A stretch of DNA of 64,000 nt from a virus. The DNA lies in IMG/VR virus record IMGVR_UViG_3300032093_000041, positions 1 through 64,000 of that record. One strand, written 5' to 3'. The position numbers and the translations under genes were made by a program. The notes below the pieces were generated by a model, which saw nothing but the letters and a program-made list of their open reading frames with translations, had not been told where the DNA came from and made no database searches. Of the stretch, positions 21,970 to 30,567 are shown one piece after another; positions within the stretch are counted from its first letter, which is position 1, and each line of letters begins with the position of its first letter.

Positions 21970-22194
21970 TTATACCGCCCGACCAAGACGCACGTTGCGT
22001 CGTTCACGCAACAAGCCTCTACCCTCCCCAGCACGAGTCCTTCCTCTGCCGCCGCCGCCTACGGTGTCGCTTAAGCGTCGTAGAGCGTAGGACGTAGCCC
22101 TCTTCCACCATGAAGGCAGCGTTGAGCCAGGTCTGGCTATTCTCCGTGTAGGAGATGGGATTTCAGTATCGCTGGTATTATTTGGAGTTGGCAT
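21970..22194 (-). CDS. Small Arg-rich hypothetical protein
   Basis: ATG 22194 preceded by GAGG; 74 aa, strongly basic. Confidence 0.55.
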   Translation of the reverse strand: MPTPNNTSDTEIPSPTRRIARPGSTLPSWWKRATSYALRRLSDTVGGGGRGRTRAGEGRGLLRERRNVRLGRAV

Positions 22195-22231
22195 AGCTAC
22201 CTCGCAGTGTAGACAATGCAAATATTTTACT

Positions 22232-22771
22232 TTATTCGTCGGCGTTTGGGGGGCGCTCGAATTGCATCGAATCAACTGCACCGGCTGGAGCTTCAATTGG
22301 AACCCACGCTTTCGAGTATTTATGCTCAGAAACTTTTCTCATTTTTATGAGAGAGCCGTCAAGCAACATGTCTACTTCAATCATTGACATGCCAAAAACT
22401 TCTTCCATCTTGGCTGCGCTGTAGCGTCCAGATTGGTGTATTTTTTTAATTGTTCTTGACAAATGATGGTTGACTATGGAACCGCGCGCTCTGTTCAAAG
22501 TGATATGCATGACCATGGCTTCAACTTCATCGCAGTCAACATAATGCACCGGCATAGATTTGGAATGTTTTGCTGCAAGACGCTTATTGGTAGCCACGGT
22601 GACGACTCGGTGAAACCCGTCAATAATGAATCCAGTACTGCGCTGAACGACTATGGGGCTGATAATTCCATATTGCTCTATTGATTGAGCAAGAAGCTTT
22701 AGGTCAGGGCGAAGAACATGTGTAGTGCGCCATGGGGCAGGACGCAACAACTCAATTTTGGATGTTGTCAT
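22232..22771 (-). CDS. ParB/Srx-like domain protein (IbrB-like)
   Basis: LAQSIEQYGIISPIVV...IIDGFHR...LNRARG. Confidence 0.85.
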   Translation of the reverse strand: MTTSKIELLRPAPWRTTHVLRPDLKLLAQSIEQYGIISPIVVQRSTGFIIDGFHRVVTVATNKRLAAKHSKSMPVHYVDCDEVEAMVMHITLNRARGSIVNHHLSRTIKKIHQSGRYSAAKMEEVFGMSMIEVDMLLDGSLIKMRKVSEHKYSKAWVPIEAPAGAVDSMQFERPPNADE

Positions 22772-23109
22772 GGTCCCACCTGGGCACGAATGTTGGCATT
22801 CAAAGTACGGAGAGCATCGATGCTCGTACGAAGAGACAAAAGTTTTTCGCGCTTTGCTTTTAGCAATGATTCAGCAATTTTGTAATCAAACATCAACTCG
22901 TCCATTTTGTAGTCGGACCAGGCTTCACGCTCCTTAATGGAACCCTTAGCGGACAAATATTCCTTTGCCCAATTTGTTTTGTACATAGCTTCTTTTTTAG
23001 CTGAATCCTCGGCTAAACGCTCGAAGGCTTCTGTCTCTGTCTCTAGTTCTTCTATTAATTCGAGTAGCGTTTCTTCTACGTCGACTTGGCTTATTGGTCG
23101 GTTACGCAC
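22768..23109 (-). CDS. Helical coiled-coil hypothetical protein
   Basis: 113 aa, charged helical composition; in recombination block. Confidence 0.6.
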   Translation of the reverse strand: MRNRPISQVDVEETLLELIEELETETEAFERLAEDSAKKEAMYKTNWAKEYLSAKGSIKEREAWSDYKMDELMFDYKIAESLLKAKREKLLSLRTSIDALRTLNANIRAQVGP

Positions 23110-23118
23110 AAGGTGAGT

Positions 23119-23649
23119 CTACAGCGTTTTACGAGAAAGTCCATCCATCGGCGACCAATCAATTTTTTCTAGCGCCGACAAATTCTCAACTGGCCATTCG
23201 TGGGTGGACAGACCTATTGAGGCCAAACCCATTTGTTCTAAAATCCAAGCGTCACACCTATCGTCAGAGCCAGCACCAGACCATACAATTCCAGTTTTTG
23301 CAGATATTGCAGATATAACTTCGTTTTTACTCGCATTGCCTTTCCCTGCAGCAAACTTGGCTCTACATGTAGGAGGGACGTCTACGTAGGGTATGCCGTT
23401 TTCCCATAGCCTCATTCTCACGGCTCCACCTAATTCACCGATGCTGTGAGCCTGTGAATTCCTAGAAGCAAATGAGTAACCTTCAATAACCGCAACGTCA
23501 ATGCAGAATTCTTCACATAGCTCAAGAAGTGTTGTAGATATATAGCTAAGTCGTTCAGCCCCTCTATGCTTTGTTGCAATTACTCCCGTGTCTCCGTTTA
23601 TTGAGTACCCGGTTGAGGTGAGAGACAGGTCAATGCCGGCGATGTTCAT
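23119..23649 (-). CDS. ruvC: RuvC-like Holliday junction resolvase
   Basis: IAGIDLSLTSTG, VIEGYSF, K.AAGKGNASK, DDRCDA acidic catalytic pattern. Confidence 0.85.
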   Translation of the reverse strand: MNIAGIDLSLTSTGYSINGDTGVIATKHRGAERLSYISTTLLELCEEFCIDVAVIEGYSFASRNSQAHSIGELGGAVRMRLWENGIPYVDVPPTCRAKFAAGKGNASKNEVISAISAKTGIVWSGAGSDDRCDAWILEQMGLASIGLSTHEWPVENLSALEKIDWSPMDGLSRKTL

Positions 23650-23671
23650 AAGAAAACAATAGCCTAGACAG

Positions 23672-23790
23672 CAGAAAACCCGCCGGTCGCGAACAGGCGG
23701 GTACTGAGGGAGTTAACCTCGCTGCCACGGAGTGGACTGTTCTCCGCTAGATTCGACCACCTGCTTTCCTTGCCCATTGATAAGGATTGC
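23672..23790 (-). ncRNA. Putative structured RNA / attenuator ending in a terminator-like hairpin
   Basis: ~195-nt intergenic gap with several hairpins; ACCCGCC-11nt-GGCGGGT followed by TTT on the minus strand. Confidence 0.4.
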
Positions 23791-23844
23791 GCGCTGGCTA
23801 TAGATTACCAGTGCTGTTTTGCATGTGGCGTAAATGGTGAAGTG

Positions 23845-24147
23845 CTATTCTTCCCAACCGTGTTTTGCTAGACCTAACTCAAATGCCAACGCAGGGTATC
23901 TGCCGATTCTGTCGTGACATTTTCTGCATACAGCAAGAAGATTTTGTTCGTCAAGAATCGAGCCACCCTGAGAACGGCGTTTTAGTTCATGTATATCTAC
24001 GCTTTTTTGGCGCACGTACATGGCAAGTTCATCATGCTCTGCAAAAACAGGACAGGCTTCACAATAAGGTCGTTGCTCAAGTAATCGAGCAACCAAAGGA
24101 CGGCGTAGTTTGTATTCGGCTTCTTTTTTCTTAGACCTATAGCGCAT
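23845..24147 (-). CDS. HNH endonuclease-like protein
   Basis: CEAC...DIHELKRRSQGGS...NLLAVCRKCH. Confidence 0.8.
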   Translation of the reverse strand: MRYRSKKKEAEYKLRRPLVARLLEQRPYCEACPVFAEHDELAMYVRQKSVDIHELKRRSQGGSILDEQNLLAVCRKCHDRIGRYPALAFELGLAKHGWEE

Positions 24148-24149
24148 GG

Positions 24150-24629
24150 CTACATAGTAACGCCGTCGAACTCCCATTTGCCATCAAGAGTTGCCCATAG
24201 AGCCTCGTCAGCAGCAGATGGCTCCATATCAAATTCGTCCATTAAGCGTTTGTGCTCAAGGATTGCTTTTTCAAAAAGCTCAGTGCGGGAAATGAATTCC
24301 ACCGTCTCCGGCATTGAACAAACACGGTCAAGCTTCGATTGGACATAGTGCTTGAAACGCTCAACCTTGTGGCGGCGTGAACCGTATGTGGCGATTGCTT
24401 CTGCGAGTAACCCAGCGCCAGCGCTGCCCATGCGCTCATAGCGCTCACGGTCAGAATCTTCATCGTCGAGCAAATCAGAGATTTGGTCATCTAGATTATT
24501 GATGAGCGCAGAAAGCGCCTTCTTCCATCTCTCGCGATTAGCCGGCATCTCCAGATACTCGCGTTGGCTAATGCTGGCTTTATTCTTTACGTCGTCAGCG
24601 ACAATACGTGCAAATGCGTCATCATTCAT
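24150..24629 (-). CDS. Hypothetical protein
   Basis: ATG 24629 directly after the upstream stop; helical. Confidence 0.6.
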   Translation of the reverse strand: MNDDAFARIVADDVKNKASISQREYLEMPANRERWKKALSALINNLDDQISDLLDDEDSDRERYERMGSAGAGLLAEAIATYGSRRHKVERFKHYVQSKLDRVCSMPETVEFISRTELFEKAILEHKRLMDEFDMEPSAADEALWATLDGKWEFDGVTM

Positions 24630-24630
24630 T

Positions 24631-25404
24631 TCAATTCCAATACGTGCATAGTCCTTGCTTGAAGATGCACCAGTTACATAATGGTGTTGGCTGTGGCTTC
24701 CAGTCATCGTTGGCATGACAGTTTTCTATTTCCCTTCTTACTGTTACTACAGTTTCTTTTACTGCTTCTACTTCGGCTTTTGTCGGCTTGTGGGTAAGTC
24801 GAGCGCCGTCTTTTAAATATAGAAGTTCTAGTTCAAATGTATCTATGTTCTCTAGTTTTTCCAACATTGCTGCGTACAGAGTTAGCTGAAAAAACTTGTC
24901 CTTGGCGTACCGTGGATTGGGGGTTTTGCCAGTTTTGTAGTCTGTAATTCGCGCTTCGGTGAGAGACAGTCGATGCCATCTGTCGATAAAACCTTTTACA
25001 AGAACGCCATCTATGTCGTCGTTTAGTTCATACTCAACGCCATCTGGGAACAGGGATGATGGGTCTTCCATATCGAAAAGATTTTCTACGCACCACCAAC
25101 ACGACCAGCGGAATTCATTTAAGGTTGTTTTCCCTAAATACGGCTTAACCCGCGACTCCCACTCTCCGGATTCCCATGTTGTGGTACATAACATTTTTGC
25201 TGTTCGTATGTGTCGTTCTTCTGGCGGAAAATCACGGTACATGTTCTCAAGAACCTCGTGAACAAAGTTCCCCATCAAGGTATGGATTGTCGGAGGTTCA
25301 GAGTGCTTGTCGACACGCGATAGCTTGAACTTCAACGGACATTGCTGGAATGTTGAGATAGATGATGCCGATAGGTGCTCGGGTAGTGAGCCAGCCTCAC
25401 TCAT
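24631..25404 (-). CDS. PD-(D/E)XK RecB/Cas4-like exonuclease
   Basis: LSASSI..F.QCP, GNFVH, GFIDR, ITDYKTGK, QL.LYA, LCNWC..K..C. Confidence 0.88.
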   Translation of the reverse strand: MSEAGSLPEHLSASSISTFQQCPLKFKLSRVDKHSEPPTIHTLMGNFVHEVLENMYRDFPPEERHIRTAKMLCTTTWESGEWESRVKPYLGKTTLNEFRWSCWWCVENLFDMEDPSSLFPDGVEYELNDDIDGVLVKGFIDRWHRLSLTEARITDYKTGKTPNPRYAKDKFFQLTLYAAMLEKLENIDTFELELLYLKDGARLTHKPTKAEVEAVKETVVTVRREIENCHANDDWKPQPTPLCNWCIFKQGLCTYWN

Positions 25405-26065
25405 CGCTTTGCTCCATTACGCCAAAAGAAACTTGGACACATGCGGCAATCAGTTCCGTAAGTTCGTCTATGCTGGCAGATGCTTTTGTCGGCTTTGCGC
25501 GGCCACCACTGTATTGCTTCCAATGAGTGTTGAGTTGCTCTTTCTGCTCTGCATTAAGAGACTTAGCAAGCCCCATAAAGTTGTCCCACAACTCAAGACG
25601 CTCTGCTTCTCCTGCCGATACTGGTGCTTGAGAAGCAGCGATTACTTCTTCAATCTCCATGGCGTCTTCCGAGCGAGCAAGATACAGGCCTATCCCCAAT
25701 GTTTGAGCGGCTTTCTTTAGTGCGTCAGAAACAGCGCCTTTCATTTCATCGCCAAGGTCGACAATGTCTCCCTGCTTGGTGCGCTTTATTTTCTGCCCAC
25801 CAATGCCGTCACGATGGATTACACGGGTATCACCTTTTTCATCTTTGATGACAGCATCAAGGGATACATGGGCAACTATGAAATCGCTATCGATTTTGTC
25901 GCGCTCACAGCTGATGATGCGCATTGACCAGGAATCGACGCCAATAACTTTGTTTAAACGAGTAATCACCTCGCTGACAGGAATATAGACAAGGGATGTC
26001 CCCCCTTTACGAAGCTCGCGCTCCATTTCTGGTGGGAAGGGTGCTGATAGGTCTTGATACAACAT
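25397..26065 (-). CDS. Rad52/Rad22-family single-strand annealing protein (Sak-like)
   Basis: YIPVSEVITRLNKVIG..SW, KGAVSDALKKAA..LGIGLYL. Confidence 0.85.
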   Translation of the reverse strand: MLYQDLSAPFPPEMERELRKGGTSLVYIPVSEVITRLNKVIGVDSWSMRIISCERDKIDSDFIVAHVSLDAVIKDEKGDTRVIHRDGIGGQKIKRTKQGDIVDLGDEMKGAVSDALKKAAQTLGIGLYLARSEDAMEIEEVIAASQAPVSAGEAERLELWDNFMGLAKSLNAEQKEQLNTHWKQYSGGRAKPTKASASIDELTELIAACVQVSFGVMEQSDE

Positions 26066-26580
26066 TATTTTGCTCTCCGTACGATGATGCTTTCTTTGGA
26101 TTCGGATACGTCACAGAACTTATCGGCATTAATACCGATTTTTGCAAGCTCCTTGACACGCCAATATGACGGCGCACAGTAGTCCAACATTTTCACCATC
26201 ATGTCCTGAGGTGTCATGACTACTTCACCAGTCTCGAGGTCAACCGCCATATCACTAATGCGACTCGCGACGTTCTGAGCGATGCTTTCGTGCTGCCACT
26301 TCTTACGGTCTGCTGCTGCGCGCTTTTCTATTTTTGTCCCATCGCTCAGAACCATCTCTGGCACTGAACGCATAACTGAACTGAGGACGCCACACGCACT
26401 GTCGTACACGATTGCAACGTCAGCCTTAACAGCATGAAGAGCAGATACATATTCAGCAATCTCGTTCATGTCTGTGCCAGAGTTTTTAAGCTCTGACATC
26501 ATTGTGTCGGCAGCACTGATTTTTGAGTTCAGTTCGTCGACGATGGAACGCCAATCAGGCGTTTTCCCTTCGCTTGTCAT
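26065..26580 (-). CDS. Hypothetical phage protein
   Basis: 171 aa, C-terminal YWRV..L..IGINAD.FC motif. Confidence 0.6.
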   Translation of the reverse strand: MTSEGKTPDWRSIVDELNSKISAADTMMSELKNSGTDMNEIAEYVSALHAVKADVAIVYDSACGVLSSVMRSVPEMVLSDGTKIEKRAAADRKKWQHESIAQNVASRISDMAVDLETGEVVMTPQDMMVKMLDYCAPSYWRVKELAKIGINADKFCDVSESKESIIVRRAK

Positions 26581-26611
26581 ATTTCTCCTACTTAGTTAGT
26601 TAGGGGTTGGT

Positions 26612-27916
26612 TTAGATGAGTATAGCCATAGGTCTGCGTTGTGGCAACCCCAATCCGGCTAAATATGTAAAAGCCCCAACTGCAGAGTCAACTTGGTCGT
26701 CGTGGTCGCATGCCTCGGGGAATGAGGAAACTTCATCTAGCCAGTCGGATATCCAACTGGACCTCACGAGACGGACATTGCCATTGGCTGCGGCGGCGGC
26801 AAAAGGTCTTGCTCTTGTGAATTTGTCTCCAGTAGAACGGATTCCCTGAAAGTCATAGCCTGGAAGTACATAGCGGGCATACTGGTCAATCAGAGCCTTG
26901 CCTGATGAACCTGGTTCTTGCTCCATCCGTATAGAAACCGTGTGCCCGTCTTCTGCGGCTGTTTGCGCAATAAGCTGCTCAACCTTTTCGTTCTTGACAC
27001 GTGCGCGCTTTACGTCTAAAACGTAAGCAATTCCCTGGTCAAACAGCATCAACGTCCCAACTGTCCAGTCTGGATTTGGGTTCGAGTGGCTTGGTTCTGT
27101 TGCTGCCATGTCCCAAAACCTAACAGCCCTGGCCGCAGATGTGACTTGTGGCACTTCATGGTGGTCAATGATTGGGAAGTCAGTTCTGTCAAACAACGTA
27201 CCTAGCGTCGTTGCCCACCAGTCACCCATTTCCAGCCTTCTGCGCTCTATGGGGTCCAGGGCGGACAGGGCCATACGGTAAGACTCTGCGTCAATTCCTG
27301 GGTTATCCGTCAACATTGATGGAACAAATATCCTGCCGGTGTCTTGGCCTTCTACGATAAACCGTTGACGAACCCAATTGGGCGCTGGGTTTGATGCTGC
27401 CCGCATTCGCAAAGGGACCTTAGATAGTTCGCCGTTGGCAGGACGGCGCAAGCGAGAGAAAAGGTATCTGTAATCAGACTCGCGGATTTCGGTGACTTCG
27501 TCCATGCCGATGAACTGGAATTCCGAACCCTTGTATCTGAGGTAGTCGTTGGTGTTGTTGAGATACCCGAAGGAAATTCTGGCCCCAGAGGGGAATGTGG
27601 CTACATATTGGTTTGCGTTCCAATGGATGTCGTCCTGGGTTGATATCCATGAACGGAAGCGGTCCATGAGGGCTCCAGGGAGGGACAAGTCCGCATATGT
27701 ACGTCTAAACAAAATCGCCGAGTAGCCAGGAACGTCAACATATTGAAGGGCAGACATGAGGAGTGCTGAGCTTTTACCTCCACCTGCTGCGCCACCAAAT
27801 AGGGCTTCCAGGGTCATTGTCCTCAAGAAGACTTTCTGCGTTAGCGAAGGTTCCTCTGGGCAGAACAGTGGAGCCTTAGGCTGCAGGTATTCTAATATTT
27901 CATTCCAATTAGTCAC
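26612..27916 (-). CDS. terL: Terminase large subunit
   Basis: Walker A FGGAAGGGKS, Walker B IGMDE, ASNP, nuclease WDMAA...DWTVG...HDDQVD. Confidence 0.95.
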   Translation of the reverse strand: MTNWNEILEYLQPKAPLFCPEEPSLTQKVFLRTMTLEALFGGAAGGGKSSALLMSALQYVDVPGYSAILFRRTYADLSLPGALMDRFRSWISTQDDIHWNANQYVATFPSGARISFGYLNNTNDYLRYKGSEFQFIGMDEVTEIRESDYRYLFSRLRRPANGELSKVPLRMRAASNPAPNWVRQRFIVEGQDTGRIFVPSMLTDNPGIDAESYRMALSALDPIERRRLEMGDWWATTLGTLFDRTDFPIIDHHEVPQVTSAARAVRFWDMAATEPSHSNPNPDWTVGTLMLFDQGIAYVLDVKRARVKNEKVEQLIAQTAAEDGHTVSIRMEQEPGSSGKALIDQYARYVLPGYDFQGIRSTGDKFTRARPFAAAAANGNVRLVRSSWISDWLDEVSSFPEACDHDDQVDSAVGAFTYLAGLGLPQRRPMAILI

Positions 27917-27985
27917 ATCTATATCCTACGCAAGCAAGTGGTATGACTAGTATAGGTTTGTGCAAGTGCAAAGAAGGTCGCAACA

Positions 27986-28177
27986 GTGAAGCAACGGCTA
28001 GTTTCAGTCATAGCATTTATCAAAAAAAGAAGGTCCAGAGCAGCAGCCGCCAATTTAATGATGGCGTCATTTATAATTATGACATCGATTGGCGCATTTT
28101 TTATTGACGTGTCCGTGGGCTTCATAACCCTCGGTGTGTCTTGTGGCCTATTGGGCTTGCTTTTGGGTCTAGAGTAA
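27986..28177 (+). CDS. Small membrane protein upstream of portal
   Basis: Basic N-terminus followed by two hydrophobic helices. Confidence 0.55.
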   Translation: MKQRLVSVIAFIKKRRSRAAAANLMMASFIIMTSIGAFFIDVSVGFITLGVSCGLLGLLLGLE

Positions 28178-28188
28178 ATTAGGTAAAT

Positions 28189-30477
28189 ATGGCGTGGAAC
28201 TCCGGTAGCGACAAGGCTTTACAGTCCGGCTCTCAAAAATCTATTTTAACACCGGGAGCGCCAGTGGCGTTCAATACCGGCATCGCCGGAAAGCCATATC
28301 GAGATTCGTGGGACATCGAACGGGCTTACCGAGAGGGAATGTCCAAGGTAACTTGGGTAACAAGGTGCATTGATGCTATTGCAGGAAACCAATCGCGCCT
28401 GCCGGTAATTCTCAGAAAAGACAATTCCCCTTCAGGGAAAATAATCACCGACAACCGAAACAACACAATATTGGACATATTGAACACCAAGTCCAATATG
28501 GGTGAAAATTCTTTTGTCTTCCGGTATCGCCTTTCGTCCCAGTTGCTTCTTTCTTCACGCGGAGCATTTATCGAAAAAGTTCGCGGTAAAGATGGCTCAG
28601 TTGTTGCTCTACAGCTTCTACCCCCACAGCACACTGCACCAATACCGGACCCAAAGAAATTTGTCGCCGGATTTGAAGTTGACATGCGAAACGGCACCAA
28701 AATTACGTTGCCACCGAAGGATGTCATCTGGATTAGAAAGCCACATCCTTTAGACCCGTATCTGTCCCTGACGCCGCTTGAATCAGCAGGGATTGCCATA
28801 GAGATTGAGAATCTCTCAAAAATTTACAACAGAAACTTCCTGCTTAATGACGGTCGTCCGGGTGGAATGATTGTCGTTCGTGGTGAGATTGACGACGACG
28901 ACAAAGACGAATTGCGTGCTCGATTTAGGGGTAACGTCAATCGCGCTGGTGCGATTACTGTTGTTTCTTCCGACGAAGGTGTCGACTATGTAGACACTGG
29001 CGCAAGCCCGAGAGACGCCAACTACATACAGATGCGTCAAATCACCAAAGAAGAAATACTTGCTGCTTTTGGTGTTCCTGAGTCCGTAATTGGGAATGCA
29101 TCTGGAAGGACTTTCAGCAACGCCGGCGAAGAACATCGGGTTTTCTGGAACGAGACACTGTTGCCTCATTTGGAGCTAATTGCCAGAGGATTAGACGAAC
29201 TCGACCCAGACCATTACATCGACTTTGATACATCTGATGTTCCCATTCTTATTCTGTATAAGCAAGAACGCGAACGCTACCTCTTGGACGAATTCCAAAA
29301 TGGCCTGATTAGCGGAAATGAATACAGAGCAGAGACAGGGCGCAAGAGGGTTGACTCAGACCTTATGCAGGCAATGTTGGCAAACCCGAACCTGACGCCA
29401 ATTGGTTATACGGACAGAAGATTTGATTCTCAAGAGCAGGCACAGCAGCAAGCGGCAATGATGGGCCAGCCAGGAATGCCTGGCGTTGCTGCAGCAGGGA
29501 TGATGCCTCAGGCACCTCCTCCTGGCGCTCCTGGCGCAGAGGGACAACCAGCCATGCCTGAAATGGGTTCTATCCCAGCAGAAATAATCAACTTGAACGC
29601 CGGCCAGCCACAAGAAGGCATGACTGCCACGTTGAATGCAGAAGCATCACAGCAGCCACAAATGCCGACAATGGCATCGCCAAGCGCACTGTCTGCTTTT
29701 GATAAGGAGATGCAAGCCAAGTCCGCAGAGATACGCAACGATTGGGAATTCAAAGCCGACCAATCATCCGATACGTGGACGGAAATACTTGATAGAACCC
29801 TAGAAAGATTCTTCGAAAGGCAGCAACGTGTTGTCCTTGAAAAAGCAATGGGTGCAAAATCTAAAAAAGCCATAGATTCTGGAAATCTTTCTGTTGATTC
29901 AATTTACGACACAGCAGTTTGGGACAAACAAATTGAAGACGATATACGACCTATTTTGTCAGGAATCGTAAAAGACGCATCACAGCTTGCATCCGAACAA
30001 ACTGGAATCCCCGTCGACATGGGCGACGATGAGGTTAAAGAGCTAATTGACGCTCAAATGCTAAGAGTGCGCAAAGCCAACAACACCACAAAAGACGAAG
30101 TCGCATCAGCAATATTGATTGCCTTGGCGCTATCGGACGATGAGGACAGGGTTGGAATGTTGAAGGCTGCTTTGTCTGCAATATTCATAAATATCTTGGC
30201 TAAGCGCAAGAGGTCTATTGCCGAGCATGAAGCGCAAAGCTCGTATAACGCCGGAACATATTTTGGCGCACGCCAATCTGGCGCAACAACAAAAACATGG
30301 GTCACCCGTAAAGACGCAAAGGTAAGAGGAGAGCACAAGTTGCTCGAAAATAAAACCGTTGACGTGATGGATGATTTCGCCTTGGGTCAGGAAACACTTA
30401 GATTCCCCGGAGACCCACTTGCGCCTCCTCATTTGACAATGAACTGTCGCTGCAAGCTTCGGTTCAGTGTTGACTGA
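28189..30477 (+). CDS. HK97-type portal fused to a MuF (SPP1 gp7-like) domain
   Basis: Portal motifs (CIDAIA, LSLTPLE, N.GRPGG, ILAAFGVP, NEYRA); Q/P/M-rich linker; C-terminal KTWVTRKD.KVR..H...FPGDP...NCRC. Confidence 0.92.
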   Translation: MAWNSGSDKALQSGSQKSILTPGAPVAFNTGIAGKPYRDSWDIERAYREGMSKVTWVTRCIDAIAGNQSRLPVILRKDNSPSGKIITDNRNNTILDILNTKSNMGENSFVFRYRLSSQLLLSSRGAFIEKVRGKDGSVVALQLLPPQHTAPIPDPKKFVAGFEVDMRNGTKITLPPKDVIWIRKPHPLDPYLSLTPLESAGIAIEIENLSKIYNRNFLLNDGRPGGMIVVRGEIDDDDKDELRARFRGNVNRAGAITVVSSDEGVDYVDTGASPRDANYIQMRQITKEEILAAFGVPESVIGNASGRTFSNAGEEHRVFWNETLLPHLELIARGLDELDPDHYIDFDTSDVPILILYKQERERYLLDEFQNGLISGNEYRAETGRKRVDSDLMQAMLANPNLTPIGYTDRRFDSQEQAQQQAAMMGQPGMPGVAAAGMMPQAPPPGAPGAEGQPAMPEMGSIPAEIINLNAGQPQEGMTATLNAEASQQPQMPTMASPSALSAFDKEMQAKSAEIRNDWEFKADQSSDTWTEILDRTLERFFERQQRVVLEKAMGAKSKKAIDSGNLSVDSIYDTAVWDKQIEDDIRPILSGIVKDASQLASEQTGIPVDMGDDEVKELIDAQMLRVRKANNTTKDEVASAILIALALSDDEDRVGMLKAALSAIFINILAKRKRSIAEHEAQSSYNAGTYFGARQSGATTKTWVTRKDAKVRGEHKLLENKTVDVMDDFALGQETLRFPGDPLAPPHLTMNCRCKLRFSVD

Positions 30478-30567
30478 CGACTTACAGTAAAGTACGCAAT
30501 TTCTTATACCGCAAGACGGTGTCGACAGATTATTATTTAGTAGGTGAACGTCGAAAGGCTATTTTAA

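Noticed and set aside
24631-25404. Cas4-like nuclease as evidence of a CRISPR system
   Set aside because: No repeat-spacer array or other cas genes seen; adjacent to a Rad52-like gene, so it fits a phage recombination exonuclease
26612-27916. Intein or intron in the terminase
   Set aside because: 434 aa with contiguous ATPase and nuclease motifs; no insertion evident
8556-30567. TAAAAT/TATACT/TATTAT boxes in short intergenic gaps as promoters
   Set aside because: Plausible -10 elements, but I could not support a consistent -35 or shared motif by eye
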